A DNA stretch of 61,470 nucleotides, filler included, from Choristocarpus tenellus KU-1152 (taxonomy: Eukaryota > Protista > Phaeophyceae), in assembly GCA_964200185.2 (NCBI GenBank). It is 12 parts of 12 records of this genome, joined end to end, with 100 filler letters (N's around TTAATTAATTAA, not from the genome) between each part and the next. Parts side by side here need not be neighbours in the genome. Positions count along the whole stretch, not along the records: positions 9,992 to 13,809 come from CAXNAD020017757.1; positions 13,910 to 17,163 come from CAXNAD020021242.1; positions 17,264 to 20,904 come from CAXNAD020018787.1; positions 21,005 to 26,916 come from CAXNAD020009437.1; 8 more parts are not named here. One strand, given 5' to 3'. The translations under genes were made by a program, and so were the position numbers. Under the pieces are notes generated by a model. The model saw only the letters and a program-made list of their open reading frames with translations, ran no database searches and was not told where the DNA came from. Below, piece by piece: positions 12,020-24,000 of the stretch (positions are counted from its first letter, which is position 1; each line of letters opens with the position of its first letter).

Positions 12020-13225
12020 AAAAACCCTAACGCACGTGTTTTGGGTGTTCAACGGTAAACGGGATCAGATCGGATCTTTAATACCACAGATCCGCTTTTT
12101 TGTCGTCTCTTGTATTTTTAAGAACACTAAAGTCACCAAGAAGCGGATTTAGTATTTAAATAAATTGTGGGTACCAGTTGGAAGTGTCCTTTTAGTTTCT
12201 GAAAATTGGAAACGTGTGAGACCCATAAAGTGCGTCCTTGGTATTTTCAAAAATCGTAAGAACGGTTATTACTGGATTTACTATTTCAAAAAATCCTAAT
12301 GCACGTGTTTAGGGTGTTCACGAGTAAAACGGATCCGATCGGATCCGTTTTACTCAAAGAACCACTTTTTGTCGCCTTTACTATTTACCAGAGTCAAATT
12401 GTCCAATTTGGTAAGATTTTGTACTTCAAAAATGTAGAGGGTGCTAGTTGTTTTTTGACGTTTTGGTTACTGAACATTGGAAACATACAAGATCAATGGA
12501 GTATGTGCTTTGTATTTTAAACAATTTGTAAGTGCGGATATAATCGGATTTACAACTTCCTAAAAACGTAATACACGGATTTCAGGATCATGGATCTCAG
12601 GGTGGTCCCACGGATAGCCCAGTGCTCTAACAAAATTGGTTTCGGAATGTTGGAAATACAAGATCATTATTGAAGTATGTGCTTTGTATTTTAAATTATT
12701 TGTAAGTATGGATATAATTGGATTTAAAAAAAATAGAAATCACGGATACAATTTGCTTTACAACTTCCAAAAGTGTAACACACGGATTTTCAGGACATGG
12801 ATCTCAGGGTGGTCCCACTGATCGCCCGAGGCTCAAACAAAGTTGGTTTCGGAACATTGGAGATGTACAATATCAATTAAGTATGTGATTGGTATTTTCA
12901 AAAATACAAATCACGGATATAATTGGATATAAAAAAAATAGAAATCACGGATAGAATCTGATTTACAACTTCCGAAAAGTGTAACGCACGGATGTTCAGG
13001 ATCATGGACCTCAGGGTGGTCCCACCGATAGCCCAAGGCTCAAACAAAGTTAGTTTCGGAACATTGGAAATGTACAATATCAATAAAGTATGTGATTTGT
13101 ATCTAAAAATATACAAATCACGGATAGAATCTGATTTACAACTTCCGTAAAATGTAATGCACGGATTTTCAGGATCATGGATCTCAGGGTTGTCTCACCA
13201 ATCGCCCGGGGCTCAAACAAAGTTC
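12020..13225. repeat. Tandem repeat region (~207-bp units, preceded by more diverged ~270-bp units)
   Basis: CACGGAT(T/G)TTCAGGATCATGGATCTCAGGGTGGTCCCA-like motif at 12574, 12781, 12987 and 13160. GCACGTGTTT..GGTGTTCA at ~12032 and 12301. Confidence 0.9.
12322..12355. repeat. Perfect 34-bp palindrome GAGTAAAACGGATCCGATCGGATCCGTTTTACTC
   Basis: The sequence equals its own reverse complement. A decayed copy lies at ~12053-12080. Confidence 0.95.
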
Positions 13226-13340
13226 TTACGCTCGTCTTCGAATCCAATCACTCCTGGACCTTCTCTCTGCCCAAGACCGCCTGTTGCCCGAAAACACTAT
13301 GACAGTTGCTTCCACAGCAAGGGGGTGGCTTTTGTCGCGT

Positions 13341-13784
13341 ATGTCTCCCCCCGTGTTGCCCCCTCACCAACCCGCCAACAATGATGCGCTGGAGCTTCCT
13401 ACCAATGACGCTTCAGCGACCGGCGCCAAGCTTCGCCGAGGATGGGCTGAACCCATCCCGGTCAAGGAACAGGATGACTGCTGTAAGCGCTTAGCCTGTG
13501 TGAAGAAGTTCATGGCAGATGGCGAGTCCTTCCTTGCACGCACCTTGGCCAAAGAGCAGGACATCATCCGAGCGTGTGAGAACCGCCGCGATCACAAGCA
13601 CTTCGTTGGCGACCGTGTACCTGTGATTAAGTTGGGACCTGGAGGTGGATCTATGCTCGCGGCCAGCATTCCCGTCAGTACGCAGTTTTTCAAGGCATCG
13701 TTCGGGATATCCAATCATGTCATCGACGCTTGCAAAGGCACACCTAACACAAGAGCATCCACCAGTGTGGATAGGTTGGTTTGA
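13341..13784 (+). CDS. Putative N-terminal Cys-rich region of a Sola-like DNA transposase (likely first exon, truncated by the gap)
   Basis: CCKRLACVKKF ... IPVSTQFFKASFGIS resembles the CxC..C...F / VC..FF...xGIS motifs that precede Sola-type DDD cores. Possible donor AG|GTTGGT near 13774. No catalytic core in this scaffold. Confidence 0.4.
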   Translation: MSPPVLPPHQPANNDALELPTNDASATGAKLRRGWAEPIPVKEQDDCCKRLACVKKFMADGESFLARTLAKEQDIIRACENRRDHKHFVGDRVPVIKLGPGGGSMLAASIPVSTQFFKASFGISNHVIDACKGTPNTRASTSVDRLV

Positions 13785-14730
13785 TGTATGTACACAGTGT
13801 TACTTGTACNNNNNNNNNNNNNNNNNNNNNNNNNNNNNNNNNNNNNNNNNNNNTTAATTAATTAANNNNNNNNNNNNNNNNNNNNNNNNNNNNNNNNNNN
13901 NNNNNNNNNGCCGGGGCCCCAATGGACACCTGCGGTGTCCCCCCCCCCCCCCCCCGCCCCGCCCCAGATACTTTCAGCCAGAGTTGTCCATTAGTGGTGC
14001 AGGCAGAGCCCGTTTGTTGCTGTAGGTATTCTTCTTACAACGTACTGTTGTTGCTGGCAAGTTCACCGCCCAGCCTTGCATGGTGACACGTACCCTCCTC
14101 TTGAAGGAAACCGACCAAGTAGTAGGTAATCCCATGGATAGCTTCATGCGACACTCAACATTACTTGAGTAGGATGAATAGGGTTTAGCACTATTGCCAG
14201 TATCACTGCCATTCAAAATGGTAGTAACGTTTGCAACAAACAATTTACGCAGAGCATTATCACCATAATGAGCAATTCACCGTGAAGATGACCTTTCCAA
14301 ATTGTTGCTGTTGTTAACACAGTCCTTTCCTGTTGTTGCGAATGTTCTCGTTTTTTTTGCCATCATACCAACCACGGGAAGTTCGATGCTACTATTTGTG
14401 GTGCCATTGCTTTAACAAATGCTGGGGAGTTGTAAGTGAGAACACAGACAGATCACGTGGGTGAAGAGGGATCGAAGGAAATGCACTACACTAGCACACA
14501 AACATTGTTACGATTCTGGTAGGCAAGTTCTTTCTCCTCTAAAGGGTCCTCAAAGGATGTACATGATACGCACGACACCATGCTACATCTAGCTTTCTTT
14601 GGCTGGGTCCCTCCCTAGCAATCAATTCCATGAGCAGCAGAAAACATACATGAATAAATTAATCAATTTTTGAAATATCTGCTCTGGTCTTTTCTAGGTC
14701 AAATCTGGTTTTACAGAAAGTGTGTAAGCA

Positions 14731-14987
14731 GAGTGATATTGTCTTAGAGGGTACGAGTTTTGTCCTGTTTGTCCGTTTGGGGCTTGGCTTTCCCATGGGT
14801 TTTTTTATGACATTTTCCTACTCCAAAATGTTTCAGAGTAGGTATAATGTGTACGTTATGAAAAGGTTTATGTGGAACAAGGATAGACACTTGCAACAAA
14901 TACGATAGCCAAAATTACATCAAAATCGCAACATTGGATTTTGGCCCCCAAACGGACCCGACCCTACCCTCTAAGATACCTTCGCTC
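14731..14987. mobile_element. MITE family B (~257 bp), TSD AGCA
   Basis: Consensus TIR GAGTCAAAGTATCTTAGAGGGTA...TACCCTCTAAGATACTTTGACTC (diverged in this copy). AGCA on both flanks. Confidence 0.9.
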
Positions 14988-16992
14988 AGCAGTCATCCTA
15001 TTTCTAATCATCAGTGCCATACTTTCCCCATCACCTCTTATCTGTCTGAATCCCATCTATAATATTTCCCCCCCCCCAAACATCTAGTACTATATAGTTC
15101 GAAAAAAATGTTGCTACCACATAGAATATGCACTGTACATATCACTGGCTCACGCAGCAAACTCTACGGACGGTACACTGAGCAACACCTGATGGAAGCT
15201 TGCCAATATACGAAAGCATAGGGTGAAGGTCCATTGGAGGAGTGTCACTGGCAGGCAAGTAGTCACCTAAACTTTGAGGGAGGAGAGGGAGCAGACGAGT
15301 GGTGGGAGGGCTGAACTCGACGGGCAAGAGCAAGGCAAACACAAGTGCGAAACTCTCCAAGAGGGAGGACGAATTTGACCCCCGTGATGTTTAAGAACTT
15401 TTCGTTTCGAATCTTGTTTCCGATTCCCATGCCAATGCCTGAAAAGCAGTTAAGCCCTCATCATATATTGTTTTCTTCAAAAGAGGAGACTGTAGAAAAA
15501 GAATCACCTGTGAACACGATGTTAGTCGAAAGTGCTCACCACAGTGCTCAAAACACATTAACTACAAGGCAGTAGTGATGGGGCCCCTTAGACCTGAACG
15601 GCATCCCCTTTTTAGATATAATTCCAATGTAGTGCAGCTGTAGCATCTCTTACCAGAAGTCAGGGTAGAGTAAATCAACAGATCAAAAGGAGAAAAACAC
15701 CTATGATCATGCATAAAAAATGATACACATATAATGATCGCCTTTATTTAGGTTTTGTTTGCTGGAACAGGGTATCTTGATGTTATATGTTCAATATGGA
15801 GTCGAAGTGAACGAGAGGTAGCCAGAGTTGCATCTTAGGATGCTCACAATCATGCCCAAATTTTGTCTATTTTTATAAATGAGTGTAACATATTTTCTGA
15901 CTGGTGTCAGTTTTTTTCGAACGCAAAATCAACGTTCTCACTTCAAACTTAGCACTTCATCCATAGAATAGAAATACGGGTGAGTTGCGAAAGATCAACA
16001 CACTGCCTTAAGATGCAAAACGGTCAAAACCTGGTTACCTCTCGTTTTCTTTGGCTCATGTCGACTTTCTTCTTCAATTGTACGTGGAAATAAGTAGGAA
16101 AACAAACTCGCCAGTTACACATCGTGTTGGAAAAGATGAAACGTACGTCCAACCTATCATACGAAAGTATTACACAACCCACGGTACTGCCAACTACTAG
16201 TAACACTTTATCACAAAGCATAGCAGTAGGCCCTGGAACTGGCAGTTCCTTCTTCCCCACTGAGTCAGTTTTAGTGAGGTACTCTAAAGGTCATTGCCAT
16301 AGCCACAGCAGCAGAGTGGTGCCGTGTGTGTGTTTGGTTCCATAGTCTGCATCCCACCAACGCACTTGACACTAGTGGTCCAGTTTCTTACCCATTGCAT
16401 TGTGCGTAAGCATTGTTATACTTGTCTCTACCTCGTTTTTCCTAATGCTCGAGACCCTTTTGCTCCAGAATAGAATCGCAGCCAAATCTCTGTGCTTTTC
16501 CTCTTTTGCCCTTGCAAGCGGCAAATTTGAAGTATTGCTTTTTTAAAATCTTAGGCACAAAGCAGAACAAAAAGAAGTAATCGTTGAATCATCTCACCAT
16601 AAACGCTCAGTAGCATATTCCACACCCACAGACACCACAGAGATGACCGCACGTACTCATACAAAAAAAACATTCACTAGACATTGGCGCTCCATAGTAC
16701 TACCTCCTGGGGTGTCATTCAACAAACTTGTACTCCCAATAACAAGTCCTGTGCCAACGGCCCTCACACAACAACGCCTTCGCAGAACCGCAATTCAAGG
16801 CAGATGAGGCCAGCCAGCGACAAAGACCCAGAAGGACAACCAAGCAACCTCTCTCGCTGCTGTAATCTGAACGAAACAAAAGATCTGGGGCAATTACCCA
16901 AGGAAAACACTGGACAGGTGTGCTGTCCCTCTCAACCCTACTTCATGGCAAAACACACCACACTAAGAGGTTATTGACACAGCAACACTTGG

Positions 16993-17163
16993 GGATGAAA
17001 GTATCTGGGGGAGGAGGCAACGGCTGTCCATTCGGGGCCAACTTTTCCATGTCGCGATTTTTGTGTGATTTTGTTGCATGCATCGGATGGATATAATGTA
17101 AGTGCCTTTCTCTTGGTCAGGGCCCAAATGAGCACCCTGGTGTAGACCTCCTCCCCCCCCCCC
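16993..17163. mobile_element. MITE family A (~180 bp, poly-G/C subterminal tract)
   Basis: AAAGTATCTGGGGG start, internal TGTCCATT and CCAAATG..CACCCTGGTGTAGA. Other copies or ends at 3242-3300, 13910-13979, 20796-20830, 26833-26916, 37178-37199, 52110-52130 and 56193-56232. Confidence 0.85.
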
Positions 17164-17263
17164 NNNNNNNNNNNNNNNNNNNNNNNNNNNNNNNNNNNNN
17201 NNNNNNNTTAATTAATTAANNNNNNNNNNNNNNNNNNNNNNNNNNNNNNNNNNNNNNNNNNNN

Positions 17264-19831
17264 GGGGCAGGAGGGGATCAGGGGGGAGGAGAAAAAAATC
17301 ATGGGGGGCGTGGCAAGCAATACCAAGGGCAAAATGATGAAGAACAGTTGAACCAACTTCGGACAAAAGTCGAAACAATGGAAGCAGATCTCAGTCGTCG
17401 ACAAGAGAGCTACATTAGGAGAGAGCGTGCATTCAATATGCGTATCGAGGAGCTCGAAGAAGAAATAGCCACGCTTAAGGTCAGCTTTTGAATCTTGTCA
17501 GGAGCAATGGTAAAGAGTGATAATGAAGCCCCAGGTCTTATCTCCTTGCCTCTCTCAAGGTTAGAACAAGCGGGTTCCTCCCGCCAACAACTATCTTCCA
17601 TCCGCTAGGTGAAAGGTGATTGACACATCCTTTTTTTGTGCCATACTGAAGTCTGGGAAGACAGCCTGGATGCATGGGGATCGAAACATGCAGAGCATCA
17701 AGAACATGCACCAACAGATTCTGTATAATGTGGAGATGGTGCAGGATCGAAGCTCCAAGATCCTACAGGAGCAAGAAAAAGATCTTCTCAGGGCGTTTCG
17801 AGCTCGACTCTTCGACGTGCAGGTTGGCTTTGTAGCGTTAGCTTCCATGTACGTATCCAACTGCCAGGGCATGAAATCCCCTCCCGTTGCGGGGTCGTGG
17901 CATTCCCACCCTTGCATATGGATTGACAGTGTAGTAAATCCATCTACCCCCTGATCCTGTGACGTATTGCGCATACACAACGAAATGAAGCATGAAGTGT
18001 AGCAACTCAACTTAGGATGGAAGGCATGATTTTTGTAATAGCATTGAGTAATAACATTTAACATCGTATCGACAGACAGAACTAGAGAGAGAAAAGGCTA
18101 GAAAGGACGTTGGGGCGAGCGCATGGATCGAACGCACACGTCAGACAGAGGCAGAGTTGGACTGGGCGAAAGATATGGCAGACCGCTTAGACAGAGTGAA
18201 CCAGGGACTAAGTCGTGACAATGCTCGTCTTAAAAGTCAATTCAAGAGTCAAGAAGATGATCGAAATTTTCTGATTCGGCAACTGGTGGCTGTCAAGGTG
18301 AGGCTTGGTGCTGGTGTTGCAGTGTCGATTTGGTCCAAGTAAGACAACATATTAATATGTATATACTCCAGCGAATATATATTAATATATATATATATAT
18401 ATGTATATGTAGGTATATGATAACTGTCTAAATTCGACTTCTCACTAGGTTCTATCCAGTGCTCCCCATATTTGGAGTACCACATCACTGCACAGTTGTT
18501 TCAAAATCAAGGCAAAATGTGTGGTCCCAACACCAAGAAGTCACAAAGAGATCATTAATGGATTAAAAGGTCTCAGTGCATCCATAAGACATCTCTGCAT
18601 ATGAACACCGTAAGGTCCTTTATACTTGTTTGACACATTTTGTTTTCAAGCACTACACAAGCACATGACGAAAATAGAACTTTTGCTATTCTGTTGGCCC
18701 ATTTGTCTCCATTGTAAACCAATCGGACGACAGAAAGAGAGCCAGTCCCAGAGGCAGGAGATTTCTGCTTTAGAGGAACGCATGACAGAGGCACAGGAAA
18801 AGTACATTCGAGAAACTGAGGACATGGCCATTACCATGCGGATTAGTAACAGTCCAACCTCAGCACAGAACCGACCATTGACCTCTGCATCTGCAGTCAG
18901 TCTGCCTGGTGTAGCAAGCAATACTGGCAAGGGAGAGGGGGGAAGGGCAACAGTAGCCTCTGATTACAGGCAAGTGAATAATGTAGGGAGTGAGCAGTAT
19001 ACGAGATTAGTAGCACATAGGTAGCCCTACAGAATAAATGTTGATTCCCTAGATGATACAGAGTAAGATTCGTAATGCATACGTAACATTACAGGAGAAA
19101 ATGCCAAAGTTCCTAAGAAGTTGCAGAATAAAGGTTCATGATTGGAGTATGTATACAGCAGTTGCATATAAGACCAAAGAAATTGGGTGGATGATGAAAA
19201 TAATAAAAGGGCTTTTGTTTAAACCATCACCCCTCTTAAAGCAGTCTTTATCTTGAACAAAACATTGAGTCGAGCTTTGAGCTAAGCACTGATTGGAGTA
19301 TCAACAGAAGGTTGTCTGACACCCAACAAACTGTGACCAAGGGCAACGTCCCCATAGTGCCGTTTTAAGGTCGTTGGATTTGAGTTACACATCCTATTAT
19401 GGAGGTGAGTTCTGGGGCGTGCTGTAACACTTTGCCATGGTTTGTGATGCAAACAGAAAATAGAATTACAAAATTACAATAGAGTACTCATTGACAAGAA
19501 GTTACAATTAACCGGTCGCAGCCTTCTTTGTACTCTGCACAACAAGTCCTATTTCTGCGATAATGAGATCACTACAGCAACACTCATCAGATGAGGTTTA
19601 CAAGGTGAATTGGAAGGAGTCATTTGGGCCTTCTCGTTCTAGCTTTCACACTGTCAATCCTAACAAGGCAATATTTTATTTTGTGCAGCTGCATGTTGAC
19701 CACCATTGACCACTCGCCCAATGCCATTCATGGTCATGTCTTGACAACTACCTTCCGTGGTCCATAGGTACAAAGATATCATCAAGCGCCTCAAGAGGCT
19801 GCTAGAGACAGAGAGGCGCAACCTCAGGCAG
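17264..19831 (+). CDS. Coiled-coil protein, partial (exons ..17479, 17652-17822, 18076-18297, 18734-18969, 19768-19831)
   Basis: All junctions are phase-compatible. Peptides QEQEKDLLRAFRARLFDVQTELEREK, QEDDRNFLIRQLVAVK and RYKDIIKRLKRLLETERRNLRQ show a heptad pattern. Confidence 0.85.
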
Positions 19832-19928
19832 GCAAGTTCAGAGCAGCTTGCAGTCACCACTGCCGCCCCCCAAAGGCAAAGAGTTGATATAGCATGGATG
19901 AAATGCACAGCAATTACAAGAGGAGTTT

Positions 19929-20193
19929 GACCCATAGTATCTTAGAGGGTAGAGCCGCGTCCATTTGGGGCCCAAAATCCAATGTTTCCATTTTGGTGTA
20001 ATTTTGGCTATCGAGTTTGTTAGGTAGGAAGTGCCCATATCCTTGTTCCAGATACACCTTTTCACAGAGTATACATTTCACCTACCCCGAAATATTTTGG
20101 ACTAGGAGAATTTCATTAAAAAAACCCCGAGGGAAGTCAATCCCCAAATGGACAAACAGAGCAAAACCCGTACCCTCTGAGATACTTTCACTC
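19929..20193. mobile_element. MITE family B copy (intronic)
   Basis: Same TIR and internal sequence as 14731-14987, in the opposite orientation. Confidence 0.9.
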
Positions 20194-21004
20194 TTGATAT
20201 ATTTGAGGACGAGCAAAGTGGAAGCTATTATTTGCATTGTGCTACTTGTGTGCAATATCCGATCCAACTCTTGAACTCCCAACAAGGATTGTGAAGGCGA
20301 CGCTTGGTTGTCCTGTTTCGAGAAGCAGTTCTCATTTGATTTCTGTTGTCATACCTGGACTATTGAAAGCTCTGCGGGTTGTTAGCATAGATTGGAGCAG
20401 GTAGGAAGGACATTTGAGTGCACTCATCAATGCCAAAGATGCATGCATGGTCTCCCTAAGTTTGCTGCAGAATTCGTCATCAAATAGCAGCATTTAAGCA
20501 TATTGCTGAGAATGAATCATTTTGCAAATAGCTCGCCTGACCGGGATTCCTACAGGTGAATTGAAACAACCCTAGTCCTGCTCAGCAGTCAAGCATCTAC
20601 CACATAAGTATTAGTATTCATAAAATCAAAGAAGGTAATTTGATCCTCAAATTATTGAGGTTCCTATTGGGTATCCAGAATTTTCTTACTACACCAATGA
20701 GGGTCCTACCCACGCCTGTAGAACATTCAAGCCTGGCTTGAGGCACCTAATAGGCCCCATTAGTTGCAAACCGATATGCATAGAAATTTGTCTTGCGACC
20801 CAAAGTATCTGGGGGGGGGGGGGGGGGGGGGCCACACCAAGGGGCCCTTTTAAAAAAAAACAGGAAAAACGCATTTTTTTTTTCTCTCCAAATTATGAAA
20901 ACAANNNNNNNNNNNNNNNNNNNNNNNNNNNNNNNNNNNNNNNNNNNNTTAATTAATTAANNNNNNNNNNNNNNNNNNNNNNNNNNNNNNNNNNNNNNNN
21001 NNNN

Positions 21005-24000
21005 CCCAAAGTGGGTCGCCAAGAGGACCACCACGTGGACCACCACGTGGACCACCACCTCGGGGACCCCCTGGACAAGGACCGGCAGGAAGGGGTCCCC
21101 CACCTGGACCAGGCGCAATGGTACCCATGGGAATGGGTGGGCCAATGGGTCCACGAGGACCGCCATCAGGGCCACCAAGGGGTATGCCACCAAGAGGTCC
21201 TCCTCCGAGAGGTCCACCTCCACGTGGGCCTCCTCCTGGTGAGTCTTCTCTCACCATAGTTGTAGCTATCTGATCTTGAGGTCTTCATTATATACTTTGA
21301 ATTCAGTCATGCAACAGTCATGCAACAGTCATGCAACACTTCAAGCGGGGTTGGGGTAAACTTGTCAGACAAAACATTCTAACGTTTATTTACTGTTGTT
21401 ATGGTTTCACCTTGCAAGGAGCTTGGCATCTGAGAAAAACCGTAAGGTGCATAATAGGGTAATGCAAAGGGATTACGTCAGTGCTTTCTAGGTGACATGG
21501 ATCAAAGTTTCTATGTGCTCAGTGAACATCTTTGAATTCATATTGGTCATTCATAAACCCCTCCAGAACAAAAGTCTGTATCCATAGGAGTCGCTCAGTC
21601 TTTGTTAATAATGGTGGAAAAATGGCAATGTTTATTTTGCGAAAATAACATTTATCCATGAACTGAGATGTGCAAAAAGGTTGAACTGAGAGAATCGCAC
21701 ATGCAACACACTGGAGCTTGTGTGCACAAATCTTCTAGGTATCCCATCTGGACAACTATTGTCAAACAGAAACCCACTTTGTCTCACTAAGGGAGTCGTG
21801 CCCATCACATCTTGCAGCCAGTGCCTCATATTGACTTCCTGATGTGTTGTGGAAAATCCACTGAGTCAAAGTAAACAAGAGGTACCCAGAGTTGCATTTT
21901 AAGGATGCCTACAAAGAATTTGTAAAAATTTAACATTTTCACAAAGAGGTGTATAGGATTTTTTTCTGCACTTGAATAGAAATTTTCAGGCAATAGATAA
22001 ATCAATGCTATCAAGTCAAACATAGCACTTCATCCTTTGAAATGGCTGAAATATGGGTGAATCACAGCAGATTGAAAAATGGCTTGAATTGCAAAACGTT
22101 CTAAACTTGGGCACCTCTCATTTGCTTTGACTCGCTGCCTTGTAGGGAGGGGGCCACCTGGTCCACCCCCACCAGGATCAGCAATGGCCAGGGGTCCCCC
22201 ACGACCTGCTGCGGCGCCCAAGTTTGGTCACCTAATTGTCAAATGTGTTAAAGCAGTGGACTTGAAGGTGAGGGTGGTCACCTAATTGTCAAATGTGTTA
22301 AAGCAGTGGACTTGAAGGTGAGGGTGATTAAATTAACAGCAACATTAATGAACAGTGATTGATTTGAAAATAGGATTCCAACACAGAGAAACCAACAAAG
22401 TTCGAGAAACCACACACACACCCTAACCCTAACCCTAACCCTAACCCTAACCCTAACCCTAACCCTAACCCTAACCCTAACCCCATACAATTTGTCAATC
22501 TGTGTACTCGACACGATCTAAGAAGCCTCCATTGTTAGGGATGATTCAGGAAGGGTACTTGAGAATATTAATTTTCACCATAACAGTCCATAATTTGTCA
22601 ATACAGACAAGTAGTAGGTAGTCAATAACATTTGTTTTTTCATTTTCTTCCTTTTTTTTCCACGGTACAGGTGTAACCCTAACCCTAACCCTAACCTTTG
22701 CTGTGTATTCTGATTTCTTTCTGTGTGTTTATATTGTGTAGAAGTCGGAAAATCATGCTACTGATGATCCCCAACTCAAGACCTGCGGCGTGTCCAAACC
22801 TAATACAACCAGAACACTCAACAAACATTTAAGTTCACCCCACTTCACTCTCAGGCTGGTTCTGGTTTGTTTGGCAAGGCAGATCCGTACTGCAAGGTGA
22901 TTTTGGGCTCGCAGGAATTCTCCACACGACCTCACAAGGTGTGTGCAAAAGAAAGGTCCCTATGCTAACCCTAACCCTAACCTGAAATGTACAATTTTAC
23001 AATACTTAACCGACATAAGAGGCATGCCCATCTCTTCAACACTTGACCACTCTGTGATTTGACAACACTCTACTTCCTTGATGGCATAAGATAGTTAGTG
23101 CAGTTATCTCAAGTACGGAGTAAGTGTTTGGGAGAAAATGTAACTGTTGATCTCCATTGGCATCATTACGTGTAGAACAACAAACACATGGTGAATTAAA
23201 CTCGAGGAAAAGAGGTTTGCACAGTTTATTCTCTGTTTGTTCTCTGTTTGTTCTCTTTGAGATCTTTGATGTGTTTGATGTGTTTGATGTGTTTGAGGGG
23301 AAAATAGAACCAAATCTTGGTGTTTTCGTTTTTATGGACTGCTTGATGCTCAGAGCAAAAGACACGAAATTGACAGCACTACTGTAGATACTTATTGAGT
23401 GGAGAAAACCACAACTTCTTGATCTTGTGATAACATTGTTCTTGTGATAACATTGTTCTTGTGATAACATTGTTCTTGTGATAACATTGTTCTTGTGACA
23501 ACATTGATCTTGTTATAACGTTATCCAGAAGTAAAGATGAGAGATAAAAAATAAATATAAAACAAGTCAGGGTGAGAGTCTGGGCAAGTGTGCACAATGG
23601 TTTGGGTTAGGGTTAGGGTTGGAGGTGACACTACTGAGCATACATCATAACGAATACATATGAAACAGAAAGCGAGGAATGAAAAGGAGTCTTAATGGGA
23701 ACACAGAGTAGACATGCACTCAGCCAAACTCCCCCTAAACACAATCTCTAATCTCTGTAGACAGGGGGGAAGAACCCTGTCTGGAACGAAGAGCACGCGT
23801 TTGAAATATCATCAGAAAAGGAGGCGCTTATCGAAATATACAACAAGGAAAACGTGGGACAAGACAAGTTTATGGGAGAGGCCAAGGTGATTTAAAGTGT
23901 GGTTAAACTACAGGGACAGTATATAGCGATGTGGATAGTTGATGTGCTTGTCTGGAGGACTGATCTCCATGAATCTTCAGCACCAGCCCAGAAATGTTGA

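Noticed and set aside
13980-16980. Short ORFs and possible exons
   Set aside because: I could not build a consistent spliced model or recognise a domain.
20949-21257. Minus-strand Gly/Pro ORF
   Set aside because: It is the antisense shadow of the plus-strand (PPRG)n exon, which has a proper donor and continues in frame.
22421-22483. True chromosome end
   Set aside because: The tract is short, internal, and flanked by exons of one gene.
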